Shown: positions 35,814 through 43,916 of the stretch, piece after piece
Position numbering within the stretch: position 1 is the first letter of the stretch
How the letters are laid out: every line of letters starts with the position of its first letter
Origin: a virus
Taxonomy: Duplodnaviria > Caudoviricetes
Virus record (IMG/VR): IMGVR_UViG_3300044695_006301
Coordinates: 1 to 43,916 of that record
Strand: one strand, 5' to 3'
DNA: 43,916 nucleotides
Program-made: the position numbers and the translations under genes
Notes under the pieces: model-generated
Told to the model about the DNA's origin: nothing
Seen by the model: the letters and a program-made list of their open reading frames with translations, nothing else
The model's database searches: none

Positions 35814-36840
35814 CTAGAGATAGCATATCTGAAAAAACCATCTTGTCAACTAAATTTTTAAAAGAAGTTTTTGGTTTCCATCCAAGCTCTTGACGAGCCT
35901 TGCTTGAATCACCAAGAAGAAGTTCTACTTCGGCGGGGCGATAAAATTTTTCATTGATAGCCATCAATACTCTTTGCGTTTCATTTTGCAAGAATGTTTC
36001 ATTTAATCCCGATCCCGCCCAATAACCTTGAATTCCAGCTGTTTCAAATGCGAGTTCAACAAATTCGCGGATTGTGTGCGTTTCATTTGAAGATAGCACG
36101 TATTCTTTTGGCTCTTCTTGATTAAGCATCAGCCAGATTCCTCCGACGAAATCTTCGGCATCGCTCCAGTCTCTTTGCGCATCAATATTTCCCAATTCAA
36201 GTGGATCGAACGGCAGTCTATTTTCAATAGCATATTTAATTCTTGCTACATTTTTAGTAATTTTTCGAGTTACAAATTCCTCTCCACGACGAGTTCCTTC
36301 ATGGTTGAAAAGCCACCCCTGAACAGCGTAAATTCCATAAGAATCACGATAGACTTTGACTAGATGTCTAGCAGCAGCCTTGGCTGCTCCATAAGGACTT
36401 CTAGGGCGAAGTGGATGCTCTTCTGATTGCGGGGCAGTGACAACGTCACCAAACTCTTCTGAAGATCCAGCGTTGTAATATTTACAATGAGGAGCGAACT
36501 TGCGGATCGCTTCTAACTGATACAGAACAGCCATACAGTTCGTATTCATGTGATTTACGGGCATTGTCCAACTATTGCCTACAAAAGAATTGGCGGCGAA
36601 ATTAATAAAGTAATCTGGCTGCTCATTACGTATAACGTCTTCGACATTCTGCGGGTCTGTGATATCAAGATCAATAAGTTTAAATCTTGAATTGTTTTTA
36701 AGGTGTTCGATATTTTTATGGTTGGTCACACTAAGTCTTCGCGCACCCGCGACAATAGTATGATCTGTGTTTTTCAATAGATAGTCAGCCATAAAGCTAC
36801 CATCTTGACCCGTTACTCCTGTTATAATTATTTTTTTCAT
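35800..36840 (-). CDS. gmd: GDP-mannose 4,6-dehydratase
   Basis: ITGVTGQDGS, AANSFV, SSEEFG, PRSPYGAAK, LFNHEG.RRGEEFVTRKI, LGNIDAQRDW, YRPAEV; start moved to ATG 36840. Confidence 0.95.
   Translation of the reverse strand: MKKIIITGVTGQDGSFMADYLLKNTDHTIVAGARRLSVTNHKNIEHLKNNSRFKLIDLDITDPQNVEDVIRNEQPDYFINFAANSFVGNSWTMPVNHMNTNCMAVLYQLEAIRKFAPHCKYYNAGSSEEFGDVVTAPQSEEHPLRPRSPYGAAKAAARHLVKVYRDSYGIYAVQGWLFNHEGTRRGEEFVTRKITKNVARIKYAIENRLPFDPLELGNIDAQRDWSDAEDFVGGIWLMLNQEEPKEYVLSSNETHTIREFVELAFETAGIQGYWAGSGLNETFLQNETQRVLMAINEKFYRPAEVELLLGDSSKARQELGWKPKTSFKNLVDKMVFSDMLSLDGEE
35822..35849 (-). promoter_or_regulatory. Sigma70-type promoter inside the 3' end of gmd
   Basis: TTGACA-N16-TATGCT-N8-ATG(35813). 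Confidence 0.7.
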
Positions 36841-36841
36841 A

Positions 36842-37261
36842 TTAGACTGCATAATCGGAGCAAACGCCAAAACATTGATAGTTTTTCGTTTTCCAATTTG
36901 AATTATTATCGACGATAACAGATTTATTTCCAACTATTTTTTGTGGAAAAGTCCAAATATATCCATTGGATGTCAAAGTAAAGTCATCTTCTTGATGCCA
37001 AAAACAATGAGCGCTAATTCCTAGCATTTTTTCTAACGCTGCCAAATTTTTAGCATGACACCATAAACCTTTTTGCAATAGAAATTTTGGTTCAATTTTA
37101 TATCTTGGATTATCATGACCTAAATAATAAATTCCAGCATCATGCCAAACATCTATTTCGCAATCAATACCCATACATAATACTTTGGTAATATGATTAG
37201 GTTCGTTTTCTAATTTAAAATTGACACCCTCTAAATTTCCTCTATGAGATATTATTTTCAT
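36842..37261 (-). CDS. Small GDPD/PLC-like phosphodiesterase-fold protein
   Basis: IISHRGN, EN, CEIDVW, LGHD, WCHAKN, GVCSDY. Confidence 0.75.
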   Translation of the reverse strand: MKIISHRGNLEGVNFKLENEPNHITKVLCMGIDCEIDVWHDAGIYYLGHDNPRYKIEPKFLLQKGLWCHAKNLAALEKMLGISAHCFWHQEDDFTLTSNGYIWTFPQKIVGNKSVIVDNNSNWKTKNYQCFGVCSDYAV

Positions 37262-37959
37262 GATCGTATTGCATAAGCCATCATTTTATTTGGCATTAAA
37301 TCTTCTTCATTGAATCTTTTAAAAAAGCTATTTGCCTTAAAGAACTCGGCAGATGGCTCCCATATTTTAATATAAACATCGTTTTGATCGTCAAATACAT
37401 TGTTTGACCATAATAAAAATCTTTTACCATATAAAAAAATCATATCTGGAAATTTATTATGATGATTAGATAAATGCAATTTATCTACATCAAGAGAATT
37501 TAAATCTGGAAAATTTTCAAGGTATGTATCGTATCTTCCTAAAATATAAAAATCGTAATCATCTTTAAAAGATGATGCTAAATTGCTAACTTTTTGTATA
37601 GAATATAATTGAGATAATATATTACTATAATTATTTACGCTCCAATGATTAGAAAAATTTGTCCAATTATCATCTAAGTGTTTTTGTATTTTGTTATTGA
37701 ATGAGAATGCTTTTGGAGCTTCAAAAATATATCTCTTTGGACGATAGAAATCTTTTATAAATATATCGGCATCTTTTATATTTTTTAAATCTTTTAATCC
37801 ACTCCAAGATGAACAATTGAAATAATTAGATTCATTATCTATCCAAGAATGGCAAAAAAAATCAACATCGTAAGTGTTTCTCAAATTTTCATAAGACTGA
37901 ATTACTTTTTCATGATTTACGAATCTAGGTTGACCGAATAATAATATCGCAATTTTCAT
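37258..37959 (-). CDS. Putative glycosyltransferase-like protein (paralog A)
   Basis: MKIAILLFGQPR, FFCHSW, SQLYS, YDFYILGRYD; start moved to 37959. Confidence 0.65.
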   Translation of the reverse strand: MKIAILLFGQPRFVNHEKVIQSYENLRNTYDVDFFCHSWIDNESNYFNCSSWSGLKDLKNIKDADIFIKDFYRPKRYIFEAPKAFSFNNKIQKHLDDNWTNFSNHWSVNNYSNILSQLYSIQKVSNLASSFKDDYDFYILGRYDTYLENFPDLNSLDVDKLHLSNHHNKFPDMIFLYGKRFLLWSNNVFDDQNDVYIKIWEPSAEFFKANSFFKRFNEEDLMPNKMMAYAIRS

Positions 37960-39326
37960 TCTTTGTTGATATGATTTTCTAAAAACGAATTTAAATCTTC
38001 TGGCGTACCAATTCCCCACATTTTTTCAATTTCAAAAATTTTAATTTTTTTGCCATCTTCAATAGCTTGATTAAAAACAGGGCAAACATAAAATTCATTA
38101 TTAAATCTTATATTTTTTGAAATCATTTGTTCTGCATATTTTACATAATCCGAGCCTTTTTTCCAAAAATAAATACCGACCGTAGCAATGTCTGAGATAG
38201 GATTTTTCTCTGCGACTTCTGTAACTAAATTGTTTTCATCTACTTTTACAAAAGACCATTTTGGATGGGTGGATCTAAAAGTTAAAATTCCAGCATCAGC
38301 ATCTTGTTCTTGCATTTTATACATGAATTCGCTAGTATTCCATTCTACATATTGATCAGAATTAGCTATAATTAGTGGATTATCATTGTTGATTAAATCT
38401 TTTGCCAATAAAGTTGTACATGCAGCACCTTCGGTAATTCCATCTACTTCAATAATGTTGCAATTATTTGAAATGATTGACAACATAGAATCTAAATTAT
38501 ATTTTTCTCTATGTGATTTTTGAACAATAAAAGTATGTGGACTTTCAAAACCAAGATTATTAACCACTACTTGAATCATGGGCTTTCCATTAACGTCGAT
38601 CAAAGGCTTGGGGAATGTGTAACCAGCTTTTTCAAAACGACTTCCAGCGCCAGCCATTGGAATTAAAACATTTAATTTATTATCTTGCCAATTTGTATTC
38701 ATATTGTTCTGTATTTTTTTAATAAAATTAGAAATCTTTTCAAGATTTAAATCTTCAGTATTTTTAACTCTTAATGTTTTGCAACCTGCCCTTTGAGCCG
38801 CTAACAATCCATGAGGAGAATCTTCTACAATAACACACTGTTCTGGGCATAGATTAAATGCAGACATCGCATTCCAATAAATTTCTGGATGTGGTTTAGA
38901 ATTTTTTACGTCTTCATTAGACAAAATTAAATCCATGTATTCAATAATACCAATCTTTGACAGCATAATAAATACAGATTTTCTAATAGAGTTAGAACAA
39001 CAAGCTAAAATATATCCTTGTTTTTTTAGATCTTGAAATATTTTGATTAATTTATTATCTGGCTGTAGCTTTGAAATAGCTTCAACTGTCAACTGTTGTT
39101 TTAAAGACCAGATTTTTTTATGAAAATCTTGGTTTAATCCTTTTGTTTTTGAAAGAATATTAAGTTTTTCATGTGTTTTTAAACCATCAAAAATTGCAAG
39201 ATGTTCCGATTCAGAAATAACATATTCATTTCCAATGGATGAAAGCGCCTGATTGAAGGTATCAAAATGCATTATTTTAGCGTCAACTAAGACACCATCC
39301 AAATCAAAAAAAATAGCTTTAATCAT
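37956..39326 (-). CDS. HAD phosphatase fused to sugar nucleotidyltransferase
   Basis: FFDLDGVLVD, KPHPEIY, VEDSPHG; then IPMAGAGSRF..PKPLI, EGAACT, NSDQ, EFYVCP, GTPEDL. Confidence 0.9.
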   Translation of the reverse strand: MIKAIFFDLDGVLVDAKIMHFDTFNQALSSIGNEYVISESEHLAIFDGLKTHEKLNILSKTKGLNQDFHKKIWSLKQQLTVEAISKLQPDNKLIKIFQDLKKQGYILACCSNSIRKSVFIMLSKIGIIEYMDLILSNEDVKNSKPHPEIYWNAMSAFNLCPEQCVIVEDSPHGLLAAQRAGCKTLRVKNTEDLNLEKISNFIKKIQNNMNTNWQDNKLNVLIPMAGAGSRFEKAGYTFPKPLIDVNGKPMIQVVVNNLGFESPHTFIVQKSHREKYNLDSMLSIISNNCNIIEVDGITEGAACTTLLAKDLINNDNPLIIANSDQYVEWNTSEFMYKMQEQDADAGILTFRSTHPKWSFVKVDENNLVTEVAEKNPISDIATVGIYFWKKGSDYVKYAEQMISKNIRFNNEFYVCPVFNQAIEDGKKIKIFEIEKMWGIGTPEDLNSFLENHINKE

Positions 39327-40015
39327 AGGTCTCTAAAAAGTTTGTATTTAAAATTCTGTAAATTCATTCGAGAAAGTTTTACTCCGCTTTGCTGTAGATT
39401 AAAACCAAGCAGACATTCTGGATTAATAGCGCAACCAGAATCTGCCAATTTTGGAATCACATTAAATGTGGAAAAATATACATTCATATTTTCATCAGAT
39501 GAAAACGAAAACAAATCATTTACGGCGTAATCCATATGTATGTATTGATTGTTGATATAGAGATTTGAGCTATCTAATGACGACAAATCTAAATCATCAA
39601 TAAAAAATAAATCGGTTCTCATTCTTAATACCCAATCAAATTTAATATCATGCATTGATGAAAAATTATTTTTTAATTTATTCACCATCGACATAGAATA
39701 GAACATTGATGATATATTTTGAATCGGATGCGGAAATCTTGGATCGGGTATTAAATTGGAAGAAAAATCTATTGGCTTTTCTATAAGATAGCAATCAGCA
39801 TTAATATCTAAAAAATCTAATATATTTTCTTTTTTATAGCCATCTCTTTCTGGAAATTGATTCCAATAGCTTTTGCCTATAAGAGAGTTGTCATTCCAAA
39901 AATGAGCGAAAATATAAAACTTACAATCATTTTTATTGATTATGTGTTTTGTATGAGTTTCGAAGCACTCTTTAAAATTTCTTATTTGACCAGAGTAGCA
40001 AATAGCAATATTCAT
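39323..40015 (-). CDS. Putative glycosyltransferase-like protein (paralog B)
   Basis: MNIAICYSGQIR, IFAHFW, SMFYS, FDWVLRMRTD, NDLF, PE; start moved to 40015. Confidence 0.65.
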   Translation of the reverse strand: MNIAICYSGQIRNFKECFETHTKHIINKNDCKFYIFAHFWNDNSLIGKSYWNQFPERDGYKKENILDFLDINADCYLIEKPIDFSSNLIPDPRFPHPIQNISSMFYSMSMVNKLKNNFSSMHDIKFDWVLRMRTDLFFIDDLDLSSLDSSNLYINNQYIHMDYAVNDLFSFSSDENMNVYFSTFNVIPKLADSGCAINPECLLGFNLQQSGVKLSRMNLQNFKYKLFRDL

Positions 40016-40935
40016 AATAGATTTGAAATATATTTTTGAGTTAAATTGTTCCAATCAAATGTTTTAGCGTATTCTCTGATCGCTTTTCGTCCGACATGAA
40101 TACAGCCATCTCTATTATTAGAGATTGCCGCCGATACTATTTCTGCATTATAAATTAAATCTTGTGGGATAATTGTAATGAATGGTAAAGAAGCGTCTAA
40201 ATTTTGAGCAGCAGCTTCTGAAATTACTAAACCAAGTCCAGCACTTAACGCTTCTAAGCAGACCAATGGTTGAAGCTCTAACGACGAAATTAAAACTAAG
40301 TTAGTGTAATTAGTTAAATTTTCATAAACCTCTTCTCTTGTCCAAGAGCCTAAATATTTTTCGTCAAGTGAATTAAATTCTGAAATTGTATTTTCACCAA
40401 CAAAATAAACCCAAGCATTAAGTGACTGAATAAATGCTTGGTTTTTTCTTTTGTCAATTTTGCCCAAGCAAATACTAGCATCTGGAAATTCTGGCTGAGC
40501 TTTAAAATCAAAAGCATTAAAATCAACACCGTTTGGTAAGATTTTTACTTTTTGTGGAGAGATGCCGATATTTAAAAGGAAATCTCTTTCCCATGTAGTT
40601 AATATAAAAAATTCGCAATCATATAAATATTTTCTAATAATTGACTCATGAAATTGTTTTGAAAGCAAAAAGCTTCCATCGTGATTGGTTATAATTTTTC
40701 TACATTTTATATGTGGCATTATCTCGTAATGCGAACCATAATGTAAATGAACTATATCAGGATTAGTTTGTTGTAAGATATTTAAAATATCTTGAGAATT
40801 TTTTTCATTAATAATGGAAACGTCATATCCACTTTTTTTCAAGTTTAAATATTGGTTCCATACAACTGTTTCTAGTGCGCCCCATCCAGTTGGCGGGACA
40901 GAGATTTCTCCTGGAGTTATAAAGCAAATTTTCAT
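40012..40935 (-). CDS. GT4-family glycosyltransferase
   Basis: PPTGWGALE, LPNGVD, LGKIDKRKNQ, ELQPLVCLEALSAGL. Confidence 0.88.
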   Translation of the reverse strand: MKICFITPGEISVPPTGWGALETVVWNQYLNLKKSGYDVSIINEKNSQDILNILQQTNPDIVHLHYGSHYEIMPHIKCRKIITNHDGSFLLSKQFHESIIRKYLYDCEFFILTTWERDFLLNIGISPQKVKILPNGVDFNAFDFKAQPEFPDASICLGKIDKRKNQAFIQSLNAWVYFVGENTISEFNSLDEKYLGSWTREEVYENLTNYTNLVLISSLELQPLVCLEALSAGLGLVISEAAAQNLDASLPFITIIPQDLIYNAEIVSAAISNNRDGCIHVGRKAIREYAKTFDWNNLTQKYISNLL

Positions 40936-40938
40936 AAA

Positions 40939-41685
40939 TTATTTATGTATAAAATAAACATCTTTTCTGTCTATTTCGTATTGTTTAAATTTACTGGTGA
41001 AAGGTTCTCCAATCAATATTGATTTATCGGCAAGCAATTTTCTAAAAATATACTGACCAAGCCACATATCAGAATTAAAATCTGGCGATCCCAATCTTAT
41101 TCTTGTTTCACAAAATTTATTTAAAAACAATAATATGTTATCATAGTTTCCTCCGATAACTCCCATATTGATTAATTCAAGTCGATGATGACAAATCATG
41201 AACCAAACATAATCATCCCATTCGGCTTTTTCATGAAGCTGTAAATAAGGAAACTCATTAAGCATTATGCTGTCTTTGCAAACAAATAAATCAATATCTG
41301 GAAAAGAAGAGATAATTCCCGAAGGATCTTGGACAATTGTAACATCAGATCCGTCAGTTAGAAATACGTTATCAAATTTATTTTCTTCTAAGAAGTTTCT
41401 ATAACAAAAGAATCTCCAATCATTATTAGAGTAATCAGATGGATTGACTTTGATGAATTTAATATTTTCCGTTGTGTATTCGTCAATAAAACTATCAGTT
41501 AGGTTATCATAAAAAACGAATCCATTTAGTCCTAGTGATTTTACGGAATCATACCAAGGCTTAATATATTTTATATCATTTTGGAGAACTCTCCCATCAG
41601 AAGCACGACCAGTGACACAGGAATCTGCTGGATCATTTGGATGTATTTTTTGAGAAAAGTAAGATGTCAATAAAGCTGAAGACAT
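40939..41685 (-). CDS. Putative GT-A-like glycosyltransferase
   Basis: RFFCY, VFLTDGSDV (DxxD), NMGVIGG, DM; located in the sugar cluster. Confidence 0.6.
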   Translation of the reverse strand: MSSALLTSYFSQKIHPNDPADSCVTGRASDGRVLQNDIKYIKPWYDSVKSLGLNGFVFYDNLTDSFIDEYTTENIKFIKVNPSDYSNNDWRFFCYRNFLEENKFDNVFLTDGSDVTIVQDPSGIISSFPDIDLFVCKDSIMLNEFPYLQLHEKAEWDDYVWFMICHHRLELINMGVIGGNYDNILLFLNKFCETRIRLGSPDFNSDMWLGQYIFRKLLADKSILIGEPFTSKFKQYEIDRKDVYFIHK

Positions 41686-41699
41686 GCGGTTTATGTATG

Positions 41700-41727
41700 A
41701 TCATAAATCACAAATCAACTTCTTCAA
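41700..41727 (-). promoter_or_regulatory. Possible sigma70-type promoter for the sugar cluster
   Basis: TTGAAG-N16-TATGAT, 14 nt before ATG 41685. Confidence 0.35.
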
Positions 41728-42682
41728 TATGAATTTCTACATTTTGTAGATCTGGATTGTCTACAAGTATTTCTTCATGTTCAACGAAAGAAGAGTCGTC
41801 CCAATCCCAATCCGTATCATCGTCATCACTTAAAAGGAATTCTTCTGAAGCCATAGATGAAACAGGCTTCTTACTCCAGAATCGGCAACTCCAGTAGCGA
41901 GCCTTCCAGCGAGGACCAACATTGGTATCGCACTGATGGCGAGCGCGGAAATTTTTTCTACGATCAGGATCATCTCTGCGAATCTCCATGTTAGGATCGC
42001 CAAATTTAACCATCACAGTGTTTCCTTTGTCATTTTTGACATAGACACCAAATTTTTTATTAGATCCACTTGGGAGACGAAACGGTTTGCCAAGAGTCTT
42101 TTTCTCGGCTTCGCTGTAATCAATATCAAATAAATCAATATTGCCCTCTTCTTCTAAATCAACGCTCGCTTTAAGCAAGTCAATACGCGCCAAATCAAAA
42201 TCAATAGAATCAAATTCCCAAAAAATATCTTCAGGCTTTTGATCGTAATAAAGTTCTTCACCTGACGCTACATCTTGATCGGCAGCTCTGTAGGAATTTT
42301 TAACTTTACCGCCAGATTGCATTTTCAAAAACATATTAACGCGAGCCATTGCCCAGCTGTTTCTATTCTGACCAGGTCTATGAGACGAAGAGAACGCTCC
42401 CAAACCGCGACGATATATTTTCTTTAATTGAGATAGAGTTACTTTCTTGCCAGATTTTTCGTTATGATTTTTAACCTTTTCTTTTAAAGAATTAATAATC
42501 TTTTCAGAGAATGCAATTTTCGCACCATCTTTAGCCGCTGAACCTGCTGGATTCTTATTTGATCCTCTCCTGCGCTCAGACGGTTTAGCGGGGGTTTGCG
42601 CCCCGCTTTTAGGTCCAGATCTTTTCGCCGCTTCTGAATTTTCGAAGAGGTCTTTAATTTGAAGAGAGAAATCTAATTCCAT
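41708..42682 (-). CDS. Multi-domain hypothetical late protein with basic and acidic blocks
   Basis: IYRRGLGAF..SHRPG...WAMARVN domain and VKFGDPNM...RRKNFRARHQC...ARYWSC domain; acidic C-terminus. Confidence 0.75.
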   Translation of the reverse strand: MELDFSLQIKDLFENSEAAKRSGPKSGAQTPAKPSERRRGSNKNPAGSAAKDGAKIAFSEKIINSLKEKVKNHNEKSGKKVTLSQLKKIYRRGLGAFSSSHRPGQNRNSWAMARVNMFLKMQSGGKVKNSYRAADQDVASGEELYYDQKPEDIFWEFDSIDFDLARIDLLKASVDLEEEGNIDLFDIDYSEAEKKTLGKPFRLPSGSNKKFGVYVKNDKGNTVMVKFGDPNMEIRRDDPDRRKNFRARHQCDTNVGPRWKARYWSCRFWSKKPVSSMASEEFLLSDDDDTDWDWDDSSFVEHEEILVDNPDLQNVEIHIEEVDL

Positions 42683-42691
42683 ACAAATATG

Positions 42692-42697
42692 TTACAC
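42692..42697 (-). promoter_or_regulatory. GTGTAA motif
   Basis: aaaaaaaaaGTGTAAcatatttgtATG; 9 nt to ATG 42682. Confidence 0.75.
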
Positions 42698-42715
42698 TTT
42701 TTTTTTAATAAAAAA

Positions 42716-43916
42716 TCAACTTTCGCAGCTAGAACATGTTAAAATTGATCTAGCTAGATCTTGTGACGGATTAGAGCTTCTTTGATAGTAAAGAGATTTG
42801 ATACCTTGTTGCCAAGCAAAGATCATTAACTCATTAACTTGTTTTGGTTTTGTACCAGCAGGGATCATCAAATTGAGAGATTGTCCTTGATCAATATAAG
42901 CTTGTCTTTGAGCGGCGTGAATAATGACTTCTTTCTGAGAAAGCTCGGCAAAAGTTTTGAAAACATTCTTTTCGTGTTCTGTAAAGAAATCAAGATGATT
43001 AACGCTGCCACCATGAATCAAAATGCTTTTCCATGTTTTTTTATCATTTTTACCTTTTGATTCCAAAACTTCTTCAAGTTTAGGATTGCGGAAAGTAAAT
43101 TGACCCTTAGCAAGGTTCTTGACAAAATAGTTGCTGTTAAGAGGTTCGATACTTGGACTTACTTGCCCCAAAATAAAGCTGGAGCTTGTAGTTGGAGCGA
43201 TAGCAAGAGTTGTCGTATTGCGACGACCGTAACCCTTTAATACCTCTGGCTCACCAAACATCGTAGCCAACTCTTCAGAAGTTTTGTCAGCGCGTTTACG
43301 AATTTCTGAAAAAATTGCAATATTCTCAAAATGAGCGTCCATGCTTTCCCATGCAATCATTTTAGATTGAAGATAGCTGTGATAGCCAAGAACTCCCATA
43401 CCTAATGCGCGATGATTCTTGGCGAACTTATGCGCAGCTTCCATCAAACGATTGTCTTTGGTTTTTTCAATGAACTCTGTCATGACAGCATCTAAGAACA
43501 TTACCATTGTTTCGATAGCATCTGTTTTTTCGATTTCATCCCACCAAAGCAAATTCAAAGAAGAAAGGCAACAAACAAACGATTCATCGTTTGAGGATGG
43601 AAGGAAAATTTCAGAACAAAGATTGCTTGCATTGATTTTATAATCTTTATCTTTGTAAACTTGCGGCGCTTGATTGTTAGCGTTATCAGAGAAGAATAAA
43701 TATGGATAACCAGTTTCAGAACGCTTCTTGATGACAGATCCCCATCTACGCCTTTTCTCTTTGTCTCCATCAATCATTGATTGCATCCAGCCATCTGGAA
43801 TTGTAACACCGATAGACATTTCTTGAATAGAGTGACCTTCGGAGCGGATCTTCATGAACTCATCGAAGTCGCCATGATCAATCGGCAGGTAAGCTGCAAA
43901 GCTGCCTCTGCGAGCG
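42716..43916 (-). CDS. nrdA: Ribonucleotide reductase class I alpha subunit, 5'-truncated by the window
   Basis: Frame open to the edge (RRGSFAAYL); TGYPY, SNLCSEI, AIAPTTSSS, IDQGQSLN, KSLYY, C-terminal CSSCES. Confidence 0.95.
   Translation of the reverse strand, partial: ARRGSFAAYLPIDHGDFDEFMKIRSEGHSIQEMSIGVTIPDGWMQSMIDGDKEKRRRWGSVIKKRSETGYPYLFFSDNANNQAPQVYKDKDYKINASNLCSEIFLPSSNDESFVCCLSSLNLLWWDEIEKTDAIETMVMFLDAVMTEFIEKTKDNRLMEAAHKFAKNHRALGMGVLGYHSYLQSKMIAWESMDAHFENIAIFSEIRKRADKTSEELATMFGEPEVLKGYGRRNTTTLAIAPTTSSSFILGQVSPSIEPLNSNYFVKNLAKGQFTFRNPKLEEVLESKGKNDKKTWKSILIHGGSVNHLDFFTEHEKNVFKTFAELSQKEVIIHAAQRQAYIDQGQSLNLMIPAGTKPKQVNELMIFAWQQGIKSLYYQRSSNPSQDLARSILTCSSCES

Noticed and set aside
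4862-40310. Other GTGTAA/TTACAC hexamers inside genes (near 4862, 6633, 10698, 11371, 21175, 38616, 40305)
   Set aside because: Not 8-10 nt from a credible start; background hits are expected for a hexamer in AT-rich DNA
35800-41685. Bacterial chromosomal capsule locus, i.e. prophage boundary or chimeric contig
   Set aside because: No export or polymerase genes (wzx, wzy, ABC); flanked on both sides by phage-type genes and the GTGTAA motif
152-43773. Many short ORFs antisense to or nested in long genes (e.g. 152..448, 6743..7120, 23111..23452, 34430..34822)
   Set aside because: Shadow frames of well-supported genes, with no motifs or initiation signals
25413-43916. Inteins or introns in dnaE, dnaB, recA or nrdA
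   Set aside because: Protein lengths are ordinary, motifs are collinear, and no intein splice motifs were seen
1-43916. tRNA or structured ncRNA genes, and stop-codon reassignment
   Set aside because: Intergenic gaps are mostly under 80 nt with no cloverleaf; long genes are intact in code 11 and TAA, TGA and TAG all act as stops

Overview
A 43.9-kb, densely coding, AT-rich segment of a large lytic tailed dsDNA phage (standard code; no tRNA, CRISPR, integrase or intein seen). Left to right: a GC-richer virion or fibre module, holin and amidase endolysin (minus); small early-type genes including a kinase/phosphoesterase pair (minus); a lambda-like tail-tip operon L-K-I-J plus an S/T-G-rich virion protein (plus); then a long, mostly minus-strand block. 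That block holds a GNAT, a Rad52-like annealing protein, two glycosyltransferases, a Whirly-like protein, an inverted island with a SET protein, an APH-like pseudokinase, an Hfq/Sm-like protein, a ClpA-type ATPase, a three-gene split Pol III (PHP, DnaQ-like exonuclease, DnaE core), an antisense GIY-YIG homing endonuclease, a Cas4-like nuclease, primase, DnaB, a deletion-damaged Vsr/DUF559-like nuclease, RecA, an AT-rich sugar/glycosyltransferase cluster with gmd, and a partial nrdA. The clearest unannotated signal is a two-tier regulatory code: GTGTAA sits 8-10 nt before nine start codons (mainly lysis and virion genes), while sigma70-type TTGAC-N16/17-TAnnnT promoters sit 7-9 nt before four other starts, both implying near-leaderless mRNAs. 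All protein calls come from motif recognition by eye; no database search was run.
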